From: an uncultured Candidatus Izemoplasmatales bacterium | GTDB taxonomy: Bacteria; Bacillota_I; Bacilli_A; Izemoplasmatales; Hujiaoplasmataceae | Length of the DNA stretch: 64,000 bases | Assembly: GCA_964567465.1 (NCBI GenBank) | Contig: CAZMMT010000001.1 | Location: 27,794-91,793, forward strand | Direction: 5' to 3' | Shown: one piece after another, positions 41,557-53,761 of the stretch | Layout: every line of letters begins with the position of its first letter | How positions within the stretch are numbered: the stretch's first letter is position 1 | Position numbers and translations under genes: made by a program | The notes under the pieces: model-generated | What the model was told of the DNA's origin: nothing | The model's input: only the letters and a program-made list of their open reading frames with translations | Database searches by the model: none

Positions 41557-42417
41557 CTATTTAAATAATGTTGAATTCAAATTTAGAACCGTTATAAAAT
41601 CTCTTATATCTTGGAATTCTTCCTGATATTCTTTTATTAAACTCTCATCAACTTTTTTATATGTTTTTATGTCAAAATAATCTTTTCTACTATCAATAGC
41701 AATAAATAACTTGTTATCCTTAAATGAAAAACTAATTTTATCTAGGTATTTCTTATCTAAATATCTAATCTTTTCCATGAAATCTGGAGTTAAAATAAAG
41801 AAAGCCTCGTGATCGTCTTTAGCATAGATTTTTAGCTCGCTATTAAATTCAATGCTCTCTGTTTCAACCTTGCTAAAACCGCTAAAAGGTCTAAAATTGA
41901 AGGGTTGTAGCAATAGCAAATCATGTTTGAATGATTTATGAAAATCAAATTCGTAAAAGCGTCCATGAAAAACTGTAACAACTCTTGTTGATTTTCCTGA
42001 CTTCCTAACGTCTTCTTGTTTAACATCTGAACAACGGAAATTTACCCCTTCAAAACTTCCTATAATTAAGTCTTCGCTATAATAACGATCTCTTTCAAAA
42101 AGAAGATTTGAGTATACAACCTCTTTTTCTTTAAATCCGTCATGAGGTTTATAATCGCTATACGGAAAAAATTTAACTAATTCTTTTTCAAGGTATTCCT
42201 TTTTAAAATTAACACTGATTTCTTTTATTTTTTGCGATTGTTTACCTGAATATATCGCTCCACCCATAAAAGGAATCATCATTAAAAACGCTCCTAAAGG
42301 TCCAGCTGCGGCACCGGCCGGAATAAAAAGAATAAAAGCTATTGCACTAATAGTTAAACCAATTTTCATTTTTCTTTCGTAAAATGCTTTTTCTTGATTA
42401 ATCTTGTCAAACATCAA
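41557..42417 (-). CDS. DUF3137-like membrane protein of unknown function
   Basis: 286 aa. Two N-terminal TM helices (Gly/Ala-rich) precede a soluble region with an F.G..F...D......G......F.GRFYEF pattern that I associate with DUF3137. Confidence 0.5.
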   Translation of the reverse strand: MMFDKINQEKAFYERKMKIGLTISAIAFILFIPAGAAAGPLGAFLMMIPFMGGAIYSGKQSQKIKEISVNFKKEYLEKELVKFFPYSDYKPHDGFKEKEVVYSNLLFERDRYYSEDLIIGSFEGVNFRCSDVKQEDVRKSGKSTRVVTVFHGRFYEFDFHKSFKHDLLLLQPFNFRPFSGFSKVETESIEFNSELKIYAKDDHEAFFILTPDFMEKIRYLDKKYLDKISFSFKDNKLFIAIDSRKDYFDIKTYKKVDESLIKEYQEEFQDIRDFITVLNLNSTLFK

Positions 42418-42433
42418 GTACCTCCTAATTATT

Positions 42434-42458
42434 TAAAAGAAAAAGCTATATAGCTTTA
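42434..42458 (-). terminator. Terminator-like hairpin after pth
   Basis: AAAGCTAT/ATAGCTTT palindrome (42442-42457) with an adjacent A-rich tract on the plus strand. The stem is short. Confidence 0.45.
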
Positions 42459-42474
42459 AAAAATTAATTTTTAA

Positions 42475-43050
42475 CTATATAGCATCCTTTTCATTACTAG
42501 TATTATATTTATTCATAATTTCTTCAAAACGAACTCCATTAATAAAATCAGTCATTAAATTAACAACGTCAATCATAACATCATCAAGAACCTTCAACTC
42601 AGCTTTAGAAAAATCACTTAAAACATAATCTTTCATTTCTTTATTATCTGATTTATCAATTCCGATTCTTAAACGATTAAAACTTTCGGATCCTAAATGA
42701 GTTAATATTGATTTAATTCCATTATGCCCGCCCGATCCGCCTTTATATCTCAATCTAAGTTTACTAAACGGTAGAGCAACATCGTCATAAATTACTAATA
42801 CGTCTTCTAAATCTACATTATAGTATTCAACTATTTTTAAAATCGCATAGCCGGAATTATTCATAAAGGTTTTAGGTTTTGCTAAAACACAATCATCAAA
42901 CTCAAAAATCTCAGAATTAAATTTAACTGAATTTTTTGCTTTAATTTTGTAAATTTGGGCAAATTTATCCACCGCTATAAAACCAATATTATGCTTGGAG
43001 TTAGCGTATTTTTTACCTGGATTTCCTAATCCGACAATTAATCTTTTCAT
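42475..43050 (-). CDS. pth: Peptidyl-tRNA hydrolase
   Basis: 191 aa. LIVGLGNPGKKY..SKHNIGF and GGHNG motifs are present. Confidence 0.95.
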   Translation of the reverse strand: MKRLIVGLGNPGKKYANSKHNIGFIAVDKFAQIYKIKAKNSVKFNSEIFEFDDCVLAKPKTFMNNSGYAILKIVEYYNVDLEDVLVIYDDVALPFSKLRLRYKGGSGGHNGIKSILTHLGSESFNRLRIGIDKSDNKEMKDYVLSDFSKAELKVLDDVMIDVVNLMTDFINGVRFEEIMNKYNTSNEKDAI

Positions 43051-43670
43051 TATTTTTTTGACGGTGAAATTACTACATATCTATTTGGTTCCTCGCCTTC
43101 AGATACGGTAGTAACATCTCTCCAATCTGACAGTTTAGTGTGAATGACTCTTCTTTCATAAGCGTTCATTTTACTCAATTTTGTTGGAACTTTAGATTTA
43201 ACAACTTCCATAGCGGTTTTTGTGGCCAATATTTCTAATTGTTTTTTTCTTTGTTCTTTATAACCGCCAATATCAATCAAAACAACATAGTATTCGTCTG
43301 TATATAGATTAATATAGTTTTTAACTAAACTTTGGATAGCCTCTAAAGTCTTACCGTTTTTACCGATTAAAATTGGATTTTCTTTCGCTTCTACAGAAAA
43401 AAGCACATGTCTATCTCCAGTTAACTTTCCTTCGATAACTGCTTCAATTTCCATATTTTCTAATAATTTTTTTAAATATTCAATACCATCATTTATAACA
43501 TTAAAATCAACAACCGCTTCAACAACATAAGATTTATTTAAGCCTAATAAAGATTTCTTTTCTTCAATAATGTTAAGTTCGATAAAATCTTTATTTACTC
43601 TTAATTCTTTTGCTGCATACATTAAAGTTTGATCATTTAATGCTTTTGCTTCAAACTGTATTTTTTTCAT
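43050..43670 (-). CDS. jag: Jag/KhpB RNA-binding protein with KH and R3H domains
   Basis: 206 aa. The KH-like core (LIGKNGKTLEAIQ) and R3H motif (ERRVIHTKL) are present. The position after yidC is conserved. Confidence 0.85.
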   Translation of the reverse strand: MKKIQFEAKALNDQTLMYAAKELRVNKDFIELNIIEEKKSLLGLNKSYVVEAVVDFNVINDGIEYLKKLLENMEIEAVIEGKLTGDRHVLFSVEAKENPILIGKNGKTLEAIQSLVKNYINLYTDEYYVVLIDIGGYKEQRKKQLEILATKTAMEVVKSKVPTKLSKMNAYERRVIHTKLSDWRDVTTVSEGEEPNRYVVISPSKK

Positions 43671-43693
43671 TAAAACTTAATCTCCCCTTATTG

Positions 43694-44782
43694 TTATATT
43701 CTTGACTGTAATTGGTCTTTTCTTTTTCCCACGTTTCTATGACTGATGTAACTTTGGAACAATTGATATCCAGTACCGATAATCCAATAGAAAGCAATAC
43801 CTGCATTACCAATCGAAATATAAGCCATCATAATAACCATAAAATACATCATGTATTTCATTGTTTTTTGTGTTTGTTGAGCTTTAGGGTTTTGATATGT
43901 ATTATGTTTTTGAGCGCTTTGAGTACGTTTTGTTGTTAACCATTGGCTCAAGAACATTAATCCAGCAACTATTAAAGCTAAAGGTAAATTTGGTAACCAG
44001 TCAGTATTTCCTAAATCAGTCCACAAAAATCTTGTATTTACATCATCAAACATTCCTGTTAATGGGAATCTTTGAACAACTTGATACATAGCAATGAAGA
44101 TTGGCATTTGTAATAATGGCATTAAACATCCAAAAAGATTAATTTTATAACGTTTATATATTTCCATTGTTTCCATTTGCATTCTTTGTTGTGAAGCTTG
44201 ATCTTTTTTATTACGATATTTTTCTTGAATTTTATTTAACTCCGGTTGCGCCATTTGCATTTTTAATGACATATCATTTGTCTTTGCATAAATTGGCCAA
44301 CCTAAAGTTCTAATAATCAATGTCATAAACAAAAGTCCTAACCAATAATAATTAGCACTTAATAATCCAAACAGATTACCTGCATAATAAGTAAAATATC
44401 CGATTTGAAGAATAATCCATTCCCAAACCCCTTCTTTTTCACCTAATGGCGTTCTGTAAGTTGATTCATATAACCCAACAGATGTCTTTTCAGTTACTAA
44501 ATCATTTTCTAATACTATTGTTACTGTAGCTTGTTCATCAGTATCTTCCCAAACAATAGTACCTTCTTTGTTTGCATAAGCCGATGCATCCATGCCTTCA
44601 GTTCCAAATAAGTCGATAAGTTCAGCATAATTAGTAGCTGCATCGCTATTAGTTCCATCAAATATAACTACTTTTTCAAAATTTTGATAAGTTATTCCAC
44701 GGCTATCTCCACCGCAAGAAGCAACTCCAAAAACCAATAAAACTGCAAAAATTGCTAGTAATATTTTATTTTTTGTTTTCAT
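43694..44782 (-). CDS. yidC: Membrane protein insertase YidC, lipoprotein type
   Basis: 362 aa. The lipobox VASC lies in a signal peptide. The 60-kDa insertase core and a basic C-terminal tail are present, and the gene is adjacent to rnpA. Confidence 0.9.
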   Translation of the reverse strand: MKTKNKILLAIFAVLLVFGVASCGGDSRGITYQNFEKVVIFDGTNSDAATNYAELIDLFGTEGMDASAYANKEGTIVWEDTDEQATVTIVLENDLVTEKTSVGLYESTYRTPLGEKEGVWEWIILQIGYFTYYAGNLFGLLSANYYWLGLLFMTLIIRTLGWPIYAKTNDMSLKMQMAQPELNKIQEKYRNKKDQASQQRMQMETMEIYKRYKINLFGCLMPLLQMPIFIAMYQVVQRFPLTGMFDDVNTRFLWTDLGNTDWLPNLPLALIVAGLMFLSQWLTTKRTQSAQKHNTYQNPKAQQTQKTMKYMMYFMVIMMAYISIGNAGIAFYWIIGTGYQLFQSYISHRNVGKRKDQLQSRI

Positions 44783-45123
44783 TTGACCCTCTCTTCTAAT
44801 AAGTTTGCTTTTTTTAATAAATCTTCAACACTCTCTTTAATCTCGGAAAAAACTAAATCTTTTGATTTAAGCTTAGCAATTATAAAGAAATCAGCCTCGT
44901 TTTTGATCGAGTTAGTTTTTATTACTTCTCTGATTCTTCGCTTCATTAAATTTCTTTCATGAGCTTTACCTAATTTTTTAGAAACACTAAGCGCAAACCG
45001 AAAATTGATATTATCATGGTTTTTTTGATAGTACAAAACAAAATAACTATTTCCAACAGTATTTCTCTTACTCATCAACTGTTGAATTTCATCACTTTTT
45101 TTAATACGAAATTTCTTTTTCAA
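44779..45123 (-). CDS. rnpA: Ribonuclease P protein component
   Basis: 114 aa basic protein with the RNR-like motif (ERNLMKRRIRE), downstream of rpmH. Confidence 0.9.
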   Translation of the reverse strand: MKKKFRIKKSDEIQQLMSKRNTVGNSYFVLYYQKNHDNINFRFALSVSKKLGKAHERNLMKRRIREVIKTNSIKNEADFFIIAKLKSKDLVFSEIKESVEDLLKKANLLEERVK

Positions 45124-45135
45124 GTTTTCCTCCCT

Positions 45136-45181
45136 AAAAAATCAAAAAATCACCATATATTATATATTGTTCAGGTGATTT
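45136..45181 (-). terminator. Terminator-like hairpin between rpmH and rnpA
   Basis: AATCACC (45148-45154) pairs with GGTGATT (45174-45180) around an AT-palindromic loop. The A-rich tract at 45136-45149 on the plus strand gives a U-tail on the minus strand. Confidence 0.45.
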
Positions 45182-45225
45182 CAGGTATAAATATATATTT
45201 TATTGGTGTTGTTTTTATTAATTTT

Positions 45226-45369
45226 TTATCGGTCTGATACAGATAAAGATTTTCTTCCTTTAGCTCTTCTTCTTGATAATACTTTACGACCGTTAGCTGA
45301 TTCCATTCTAGCTCTGAAGCCATGAGTTCTAGCTCTTTTAGTCTTACTTGGTTGGTATGTTTTACTCAT
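45226..45369 (-). CDS. rpmH: 50S ribosomal protein L34
   Basis: Absent from the ORF track because it is too short. The reverse strand reads [47 protein letters not shown] (47 aa), with the RBS GGAGG upstream. Confidence 0.95.
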   Translation of the reverse strand: MSKTYQPSKTKRARTHGFRARMESANGRKVLSRRRAKGRKSLSVSDR

Positions 45370-45471
45370 AGTCAACACCTCCTCATTTATTTTTGAAAAC
45401 CATGCTATCTAATTATACTTAATTTTATATTTGATGTCAACATATTTTATTTCCTGTTTTTTTTGAAATCT

Positions 45472-45611
45472 TTTTCCACGTTGAAAACTTCTTTTTCCAC
45501 CGTTGAATTGTTTAAAAGTCTATTTTTTGGCTAAAATACGTTATAAGTTTTCCACAATCGGGTTGTTGATAAGTGCTTTTTAAAAAAGTTTTCCACAATT
45601 TTTGTTGAAAA
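45472..45611. other. oriC DnaA-box cluster upstream of dnaA
   Basis: DnaA-box-like 9-mers are TTTTCCACG (45472-45480), TTTTCCACC (45493-45501) and TTTTCCACA (45548-45556 and 45589-45597). The last two lie within an exact 14-nt repeat, AAGTTTTCCACAAT. Inverted boxes are TGTTGATAA (45564-45572) and TGTTGAAAA (45603-45611). Confidence 0.8.
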
Positions 45612-45672
45612 ATAATTTAACATCTTCTATTTTTTTATGTTATATTTATATGTAAGAAATGGGGTGAGTTAT

Positions 45673-47046
45673 GTGTATAATTTTGAAGACATCTGGAAAA
45701 AAATAAAATCGACATTACAAACTGAATTCGATAATGATATATATAACGAACATTTCGCAGAGATTAACAACGTTTTTAGAGTAAATAATAACCTTGTTTA
45801 TCTTATTGCCCCAAACTCATTTATTAAGAATAAGATTGAAAACTTTTATATAAACCGTCTTAATTATTATCTTAATAACTTTGTAGAAGAAAAATACTTA
45901 TTTAAAATCATAACTAAAGAACAAGCTGCAATTGAAATAAGTAAAGAACAACCGTATGAAATAAATAAACCGGAAGAAAATTTGGAAAATAAATACAAAA
46001 CTGGTTTGAATAATACCTATACTTTTGACAATTTTGTTGTTGGTTCTAGTAATCGATTAGCTTATACATCAGCTATGAAAGTTGCAGATCAACCAGGAAT
46101 ATTTGCTAACCCATTATATATATTTGGTGATGTTGGTTTAGGAAAAACTCACTTAATGGAATGTATTGGTAATTATGCGATAGAAAACAACATTAATTTA
46201 AAAGTTCTATATGTTAAAACAGATCAATTTATTGAAGATTATGCTTCAGCTGCTCAAAACAAAACTTTTGATGATTTTTCAAAAAAATATGAAGATATTG
46301 ATATTTTATTAGTAGATGATATTCAATTCTTATCCGGTAAAAATAAAACTCAATTAGAATTCTTCAAAATTTTTGAAAAATTAAAAGATAATAATAAACA
46401 AATTGTCATAACTTCTGACCGCCCTGCATCAGACTTATACGATATAATGTCTCGTTTAACATCAAGATTTGAATGGGGATTATCGGTTGATATATCCAAA
46501 CCTAATCTAGATCATCGAATTTCGATTTTAAAGAAAAAACTTAGTATTGAAACTTCTGATCCAGAACTTATCTCTGAAGATATTTTAGAATACATTGCAA
46601 GTGTGTTTGATAATAACATAAGAGAACTAGAAGGCGCGTTAAAAAGAGTATTGTTTTATTGTACTGCTTTTAATTATAAGTTTACTATTGAAAATACAAA
46701 AGATGCCTTAAAAAATTTGATTAATTCAAAGAATATTGGAAGTAAAGATATTGATAGAAACAATTATAACAATATTTTAGATATTGTAAGTAATTATTAT
46801 AACATCAATACTTCTGATTTATTATCTAAAAAAAGACAAAAGAAATATGTTTTTGCTAGACAAATATCAATGTATATAATTAAAGATCTTTATGACTTAA
46901 CTTTTAAAAGAATTGGGCAAATATTTAATGGTAGAGATCACTCAACTGTTATCTATGGAATAGAACAAATTTCTAACTATATTCAAACTGATGAATCAGT
47001 AAAAAAGGATGTAGATAAATTGTTAATAAAATGTGGAAAAAAATAG
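45673..47046 (+). CDS. dnaA: Chromosomal replication initiator protein DnaA
   Basis: AAA+ Walker A GDVGLGKTHL and the C-terminal DNA-binding helix (GRDHSTVIYG) are present. The GTG at 45673 has the RBS GGGGTGA 6 nt upstream and gives MYNFEDIWKKIK. It is preferred over the track's ATG at 45637. Confidence 0.95.
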   Translation: MYNFEDIWKKIKSTLQTEFDNDIYNEHFAEINNVFRVNNNLVYLIAPNSFIKNKIENFYINRLNYYLNNFVEEKYLFKIITKEQAAIEISKEQPYEINKPEENLENKYKTGLNNTYTFDNFVVGSSNRLAYTSAMKVADQPGIFANPLYIFGDVGLGKTHLMECIGNYAIENNINLKVLYVKTDQFIEDYASAAQNKTFDDFSKKYEDIDILLVDDIQFLSGKNKTQLEFFKIFEKLKDNNKQIVITSDRPASDLYDIMSRLTSRFEWGLSVDISKPNLDHRISILKKKLSIETSDPELISEDILEYIASVFDNNIRELEGALKRVLFYCTAFNYKFTIENTKDALKNLINSKNIGSKDIDRNNYNNILDIVSNYYNINTSDLLSKKRQKKYVFARQISMYIIKDLYDLTFKRIGQIFNGRDHSTVIYGIEQISNYIQTDESVKKDVDKLLIKCGKK

Positions 47047-47086
47047 GTTTTTAACACTATATCTTATATACTTAATTCGCTAAATA

Positions 47087-47095
47087 TGGTATAAT
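47087..47095 (+). promoter_or_regulatory. Extended -10 element for dnaN
   Basis: TGGTATAAT in the dnaA-dnaN spacer. Confidence 0.4.
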
Positions 47096-47188
47096 ATTTA
47101 TGTTAAACTTTTTATTTTTCCCCGTATCAACAAAACTAATAACAATAAGTTAAAAAGAAAAAAGATTATTTATATATAGGAGGTTCTC

Positions 47189-48313
47189 ATGAATTTTTCA
47201 ATTCAGACCGAAATTTTATTAAACAACTTATTAATTTCTCAAAAAGCATTATCAACTAAAACACCTGCTCCTTATCTACAAGGAATCAAAATGGAAGTTT
47301 ATGAAAATGAACTGGTTCTTTTGACTAGTAATTCTGATATTTCTATAAAACTTTCAATTAAAGATGAAAGTTTGAATGTAGAAAACACTGGAGAAATATT
47401 AATTCCAGGAAGAGTATTTGTCGACTTTATTAGAAAGTTAGATAAAGGTATAGTAGAATTTTCGGTAATAGATAATAATGTTTTAAAAATTCATTCTCAT
47501 AATACGGATCTTTCCTTGAATTTATTAACAATTGAAGATTATCCGGAAATATCTTTCCATTTGAATGACTTACCAATAAAATTAGATTCAAAAATTATGA
47601 GAGCTGTTATAAGACAAACTACTTTTGCTGCATCTTCAGTTGAAAATAGACCAATTTTAACCGGGGTTAACATTAGAGTTGAAGATGATAAATTAATAGC
47701 TATAGCTACTGACTCATTCAGATTGAGTCAAAAGAAAATTGATATTCAAAAAAATTATGAGAATATGAATGTAGTTATACCAAGTAAAAGTTTAGATGAA
47801 TTATCAAAAGTACTTGAATTAGATTTAGATGAAATTTTAATTCATTTAAATTCAAAATCAATTGTATTTGAATATGGAAATATTCTATTTCAATCTAGAT
47901 TATTAGAAGGTAATTTTCCAGAAACATCAAGATTGATTCCAATAGATTTTCCAATAATTTTAAAATTTAAATTAAACGATTTAGCTATAGCTGTTGAGAG
48001 AGCTTCTCTTCTTTCAATAAAAGATAGTTATAACAGTATCGTAAAATTGACTTTAAAACCTAACAACGAAGTAGAAATAACTTCAAACTCTCCTGAAATA
48101 GGAAAAGTTGTGGAAGAAATAACGCCAATAGAAAAAGTTTCTACTACTCCAATTAAAATTGCGTTTAGTTCAAAATATTTCTTAGACGCATTAAAAACAT
48201 TTAATTCTTCAGAAATATATGTTAAATTTACTGGAGAAATTAGACCTTTTATAATTGAAGGAAATGATGATCCTGGATTAATTCAATTGATTTTACCAGT
48301 AAGAACTGAATAA
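47189..48313 (+). CDS. dnaN: DNA polymerase III beta sliding clamp
   Basis: 374 aa with the RBS AGGAGG. The position after dnaA, the length and the pattern (RPILTGVN, ATDSFRL) fit DnaN. Confidence 0.95.
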   Translation: MNFSIQTEILLNNLLISQKALSTKTPAPYLQGIKMEVYENELVLLTSNSDISIKLSIKDESLNVENTGEILIPGRVFVDFIRKLDKGIVEFSVIDNNVLKIHSHNTDLSLNLLTIEDYPEISFHLNDLPIKLDSKIMRAVIRQTTFAASSVENRPILTGVNIRVEDDKLIAIATDSFRLSQKKIDIQKNYENMNVVIPSKSLDELSKVLELDLDEILIHLNSKSIVFEYGNILFQSRLLEGNFPETSRLIPIDFPIILKFKLNDLAIAVERASLLSIKDSYNSIVKLTLKPNNEVEITSNSPEIGKVVEEITPIEKVSTTPIKIAFSSKYFLDALKTFNSSEIYVKFTGEIRPFIIEGNDDPGLIQLILPVRTE

Positions 48314-48330
48314 ATAATTTTTAATAAATA

Positions 48331-48367
48331 AAGTGATATTTTCAAACAAAAATATCGCTTTTTTTTA
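48331..48367 (+). terminator. Rho-independent terminator of dnaN
   Basis: AAGTGATATTT...AAATATCGCTT hairpin with one G-U pair, followed by an 8-nt T-run. Confidence 0.7.
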
Positions 48368-48457
48368 TGTTTAAATATAAATTACTTATTTATTTATTGT
48401 ATTGATTTATAAGGGTATAAATGTTAAAATTTTATTGTGCCTGAAAAGGAGTTTTTT

Positions 48458-51167
<2,710 letters not shown>

Positions 51168-51182
51168 AAAAAGGGTGTGAAT

Positions 51183-52415
51183 ATGAAAAGAATTGTCGGC
51201 AAACACGCTGAACACAAAAAATTAGAGTCAAATATTCTCCAAATTTCTCAAGAAGCAAAAGCTGCTAAAAAGAAATATTCAGATGTAATTGACGCTACAG
51301 TAGGTATGCTTCACCGCGAAGAAGGAAATGTATTTAGATTTGATGTTGTTGATGATGTTTTACATCATTTAAATGACGCTGAAACATATCACTACGCTCC
51401 TGTAAGAGGCACAAAAGATTTTACAGAAGGTGTTTTTGATTGGGTTTTTGGAGAAAATGCTGAAATGATAAGAAAAAATTTCAAATACAGCGTTATTCCT
51501 ACAACCGGTGGTAGCGGAGCTATCTCAAACTCATTCTATAATTTTAATGATTTTAATCAAAAAGTTTTACTTCCAAATTATTATTGGTCACCTTATCAAA
51601 ACTTTGCTTTAGAAGCTAACGTTGATTTAAAGACTTTTTTAATGTATGATGAAAACTTTAAATTTAATGTCGCAGATTTTAAAGAAAAAGCTTTAGATTT
51701 AGCTAAAGAACAAGGAAGATTATGTGTTTTGTTAAATGATCCAAGTAATAATCCAACCGGATTATGCATGACAAAATCAGATTGGCAAGAAGTTGTTAAA
51801 ACATTAAATGAAATTAATAAGTTAGATATTCCAACAATTTTAATTCATGATATTGCTTATATTGATTATCAAATGAAAGATAGTAAATATTCAAGAGAAA
51901 TCTTTGAAGCTTATAAAGATTTAGATGAAGATATTCTAGCGATTGTAGTGTTTTCTGGATCTAAGACTTTTTCTCTATATGGATTCAGAGTAGGAGCACA
52001 AATCGGATTATCTAAATCACAAGAAGTTGTAGATCATTTTGTAAGAGTTGGAGATTATTCCGTAAGAGGCCGTTTCTCAAGCGTTTCTCAACCAGGGATA
52101 AATACTATAGGAAAAATTTTTAGCAATCCAGATCATAAGAATCGTTTTAAGGCAGAAGTTTCTGTAGCTACTAAGTTATTAAAAGATAGAGCTTCATTGT
52201 TTTTAGAAGAAGCTGAAAAGAATGAATTGAATATATTACCATATTGTGGAGGATTCTTTGTCAGTATTCCTACTAAAAACAAGAATATATTTAAAGATTT
52301 AGTTGATGATCATGTTTATGTTATACCGATGCAAGACATCATTAGAGTAGCTATTTCATCTTTATCTCTTCAAGATATACCTGAACTGGTAAGAAAGATA
52401 AAAAAACATATATAA
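51183..52415 (+). CDS. aspC: Class I aminotransferase, AspC/TyrB-like (aspartate/aromatic)
   Basis: NNPTG and the PLP-lysine context SGSKTFSLYGFRVGA parallel the E. coli AspC sequence S.SKNFGLYNERVGA as I recall it. The ATG at 51183 is preferred over the track's GTG at 51177. Confidence 0.75.
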   Translation: MKRIVGKHAEHKKLESNILQISQEAKAAKKKYSDVIDATVGMLHREEGNVFRFDVVDDVLHHLNDAETYHYAPVRGTKDFTEGVFDWVFGENAEMIRKNFKYSVIPTTGGSGAISNSFYNFNDFNQKVLLPNYYWSPYQNFALEANVDLKTFLMYDENFKFNVADFKEKALDLAKEQGRLCVLLNDPSNNPTGLCMTKSDWQEVVKTLNEINKLDIPTILIHDIAYIDYQMKDSKYSREIFEAYKDLDEDILAIVVFSGSKTFSLYGFRVGAQIGLSKSQEVVDHFVRVGDYSVRGRFSSVSQPGINTIGKIFSNPDHKNRFKAEVSVATKLLKDRASLFLEEAEKNELNILPYCGGFFVSIPTKNKNIFKDLVDDHVYVIPMQDIIRVAISSLSLQDIPELVRKIKKHI

Positions 52416-52448
52416 AAAAAATTGTAAGGATTTTCCTTACAATTTTTT
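52415..52448. terminator. Bidirectional terminator between aspC and the small membrane protein gene
   Basis: AAAAAATTGTAAGGA-tttt-TCCTTACAATTTTTT, a perfect hairpin flanked by A- and T-runs. Confidence 0.85.
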
Positions 52449-52460
52449 AATAAATTTAAT

Positions 52461-52676
52461 TTATACCAAGAAAGTTACTTTACCATGAAGTACAATTGTA
52501 ACAATGTCAATAATCCAAAAAATAGTAGCACCTAGTAGTATCCAAATTAAACCAACAATAAGTCTTCCTTTAGCGATTCGATACAATCCATAGGCGATTC
52601 CGTCAATACCAGGCAAGGCTAAAATAATCTTTAGAATCAATGGGAAGCCATCAATCAATTTTACATATTCGTTCAT
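52461..52676 (-). CDS. Small two-TM membrane protein of unknown function
   Basis: 71 aa with two hydrophobic helices. It has a strong RBS (AAAGGAGGA) and its own -10 element. I do not recognise the family. Confidence 0.5.
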   Translation of the reverse strand: MNEYVKLIDGFPLILKIILALPGIDGIAYGLYRIAKGRLIVGLIWILLGATIFWIIDIVTIVLHGKVTFLV

Positions 52677-52698
52677 TTTAAATCCTCCTTTTGGACTA

Positions 52699-52707
52699 AT
52701 TATATCA
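52699..52707 (-). promoter_or_regulatory. Extended -10 element for the small membrane protein gene
   Basis: The reverse complement reads TGATATAAT, 22 nt upstream of the ATG at 52676. No terminator is visible between aroF and this gene. Confidence 0.4.
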
Positions 52708-52742
52708 CTGAAGGAAAAATAAATAAAGGTGTGGGCAATATT

Positions 52743-53759
52743 TTATTCTAACGTCCTATCAATAGCTTCAGCTATTTTTTTACATTTAGCAACTAAAGCT
52801 TTAAATTTTTCTGGTTTTAGCGATTGTTGCCCGTCGCTAAGTGCTGTTTCAGGAGTTTGATGAACTTCAACAATCAAACCATCAGCCCCAGCAGCGATAG
52901 AGGCAAGAGACAAAGATTCAATATATTCCCATCTTCCAGCTGCGTGTGAAGGATCAACGATAATAGGTAAATGCGACAATTTTTTTATAACCGGTATAGA
53001 GGATAAATCTAAAGTGTTTCTGGTAGAAGATTCAAAAGTTCTAATACCTCTTTCGCATAATATAACGTTGGTATTACCACCAGCAAGAATATATTCCGCA
53101 GACATCAACCATTCTTCAATAGTGTTTGCAATACCTCTTTTTAAGAGAATCGGTTTATTGATTTTACCTAACTCTTTAAGTAAAGCAAAGTTTTGCATAT
53201 TACGAGCACCAACTTGGATTAAATCAACATGTTTAACAAACAAATCAATATCGTCAACACTCATAATCTCACTTACTACTGGAATATTATATTTTTGTTT
53301 TGCTTGGCTTAAAATTTCTAAACCCTCTTGTTCTAGGCCTTGAAAAGAGTAAGGACTAGTTCTAGGTTTATAAGCTCCGCCACGCAATATCTTAGCACCA
53401 GCTTCAATTACAAGCGGAGTGATTTCTTGGATTTGTTGATTTGATTCGACAGCGCAAGGGCCGCCAATAACAACAACATTTTTTCCACCGATTTTTATAC
53501 CAGCAACATCAACAATAGTATCATCAGGCTTGAATTTACGATTTACCTTTTTAAAAGCTTCTTGAACTCTTAAAACAGTATCGACATATTCATATGCATA
53601 TAAACTATTAGGATCAATAGTTGTAGTATCGCCAATTACACCAATAATAGTAGTCGATTTACCAAAACTCTCATGAATTTCAAAACCTTTACTGATTAAG
53701 TGCTTTTTTAATTCGTTTATTTGTTCTTGTGTTGCATTGTTTTTTATTTTAACTATCAT
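52743..53759 (-). CDS. aroF: 3-deoxy-7-phosphoheptulonate (DAHP) synthase, type I-beta, with an N-terminal ferredoxin-like regulatory domain
   Basis: 338 aa. The N-terminus MIVKIKNNATQEQINELKKHL...TIIGVIGD resembles the Thermotoga-type regulatory domain. The catalytic core carries GPCAVES and KPRTSPYSFQG. Confidence 0.85.
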   Translation of the reverse strand: MIVKIKNNATQEQINELKKHLISKGFEIHESFGKSTTIIGVIGDTTTIDPNSLYAYEYVDTVLRVQEAFKKVNRKFKPDDTIVDVAGIKIGGKNVVVIGGPCAVESNQQIQEITPLVIEAGAKILRGGAYKPRTSPYSFQGLEQEGLEILSQAKQKYNIPVVSEIMSVDDIDLFVKHVDLIQVGARNMQNFALLKELGKINKPILLKRGIANTIEEWLMSAEYILAGGNTNVILCERGIRTFESSTRNTLDLSSIPVIKKLSHLPIIVDPSHAAGRWEYIESLSLASIAAGADGLIVEVHQTPETALSDGQQSLKPEKFKALVAKCKKIAEAIDRTLE

Positions 53760-53761
53760 AA

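Noticed and set aside
48373-48457. Purine riboswitch or other leader upstream of the operon containing purA
   Set aside because: The leader is only about 85 nt of AT-rich sequence. It lacks the conserved purine-riboswitch core and has no terminator or antiterminator structure.
53014-53343. 109-aa plus-strand ORF antisense to aroF
   Set aside because: It lies entirely inside the well-supported DAHP synthase gene on the opposite strand. It has no RBS and no motifs, so it is a typical shadow ORF.
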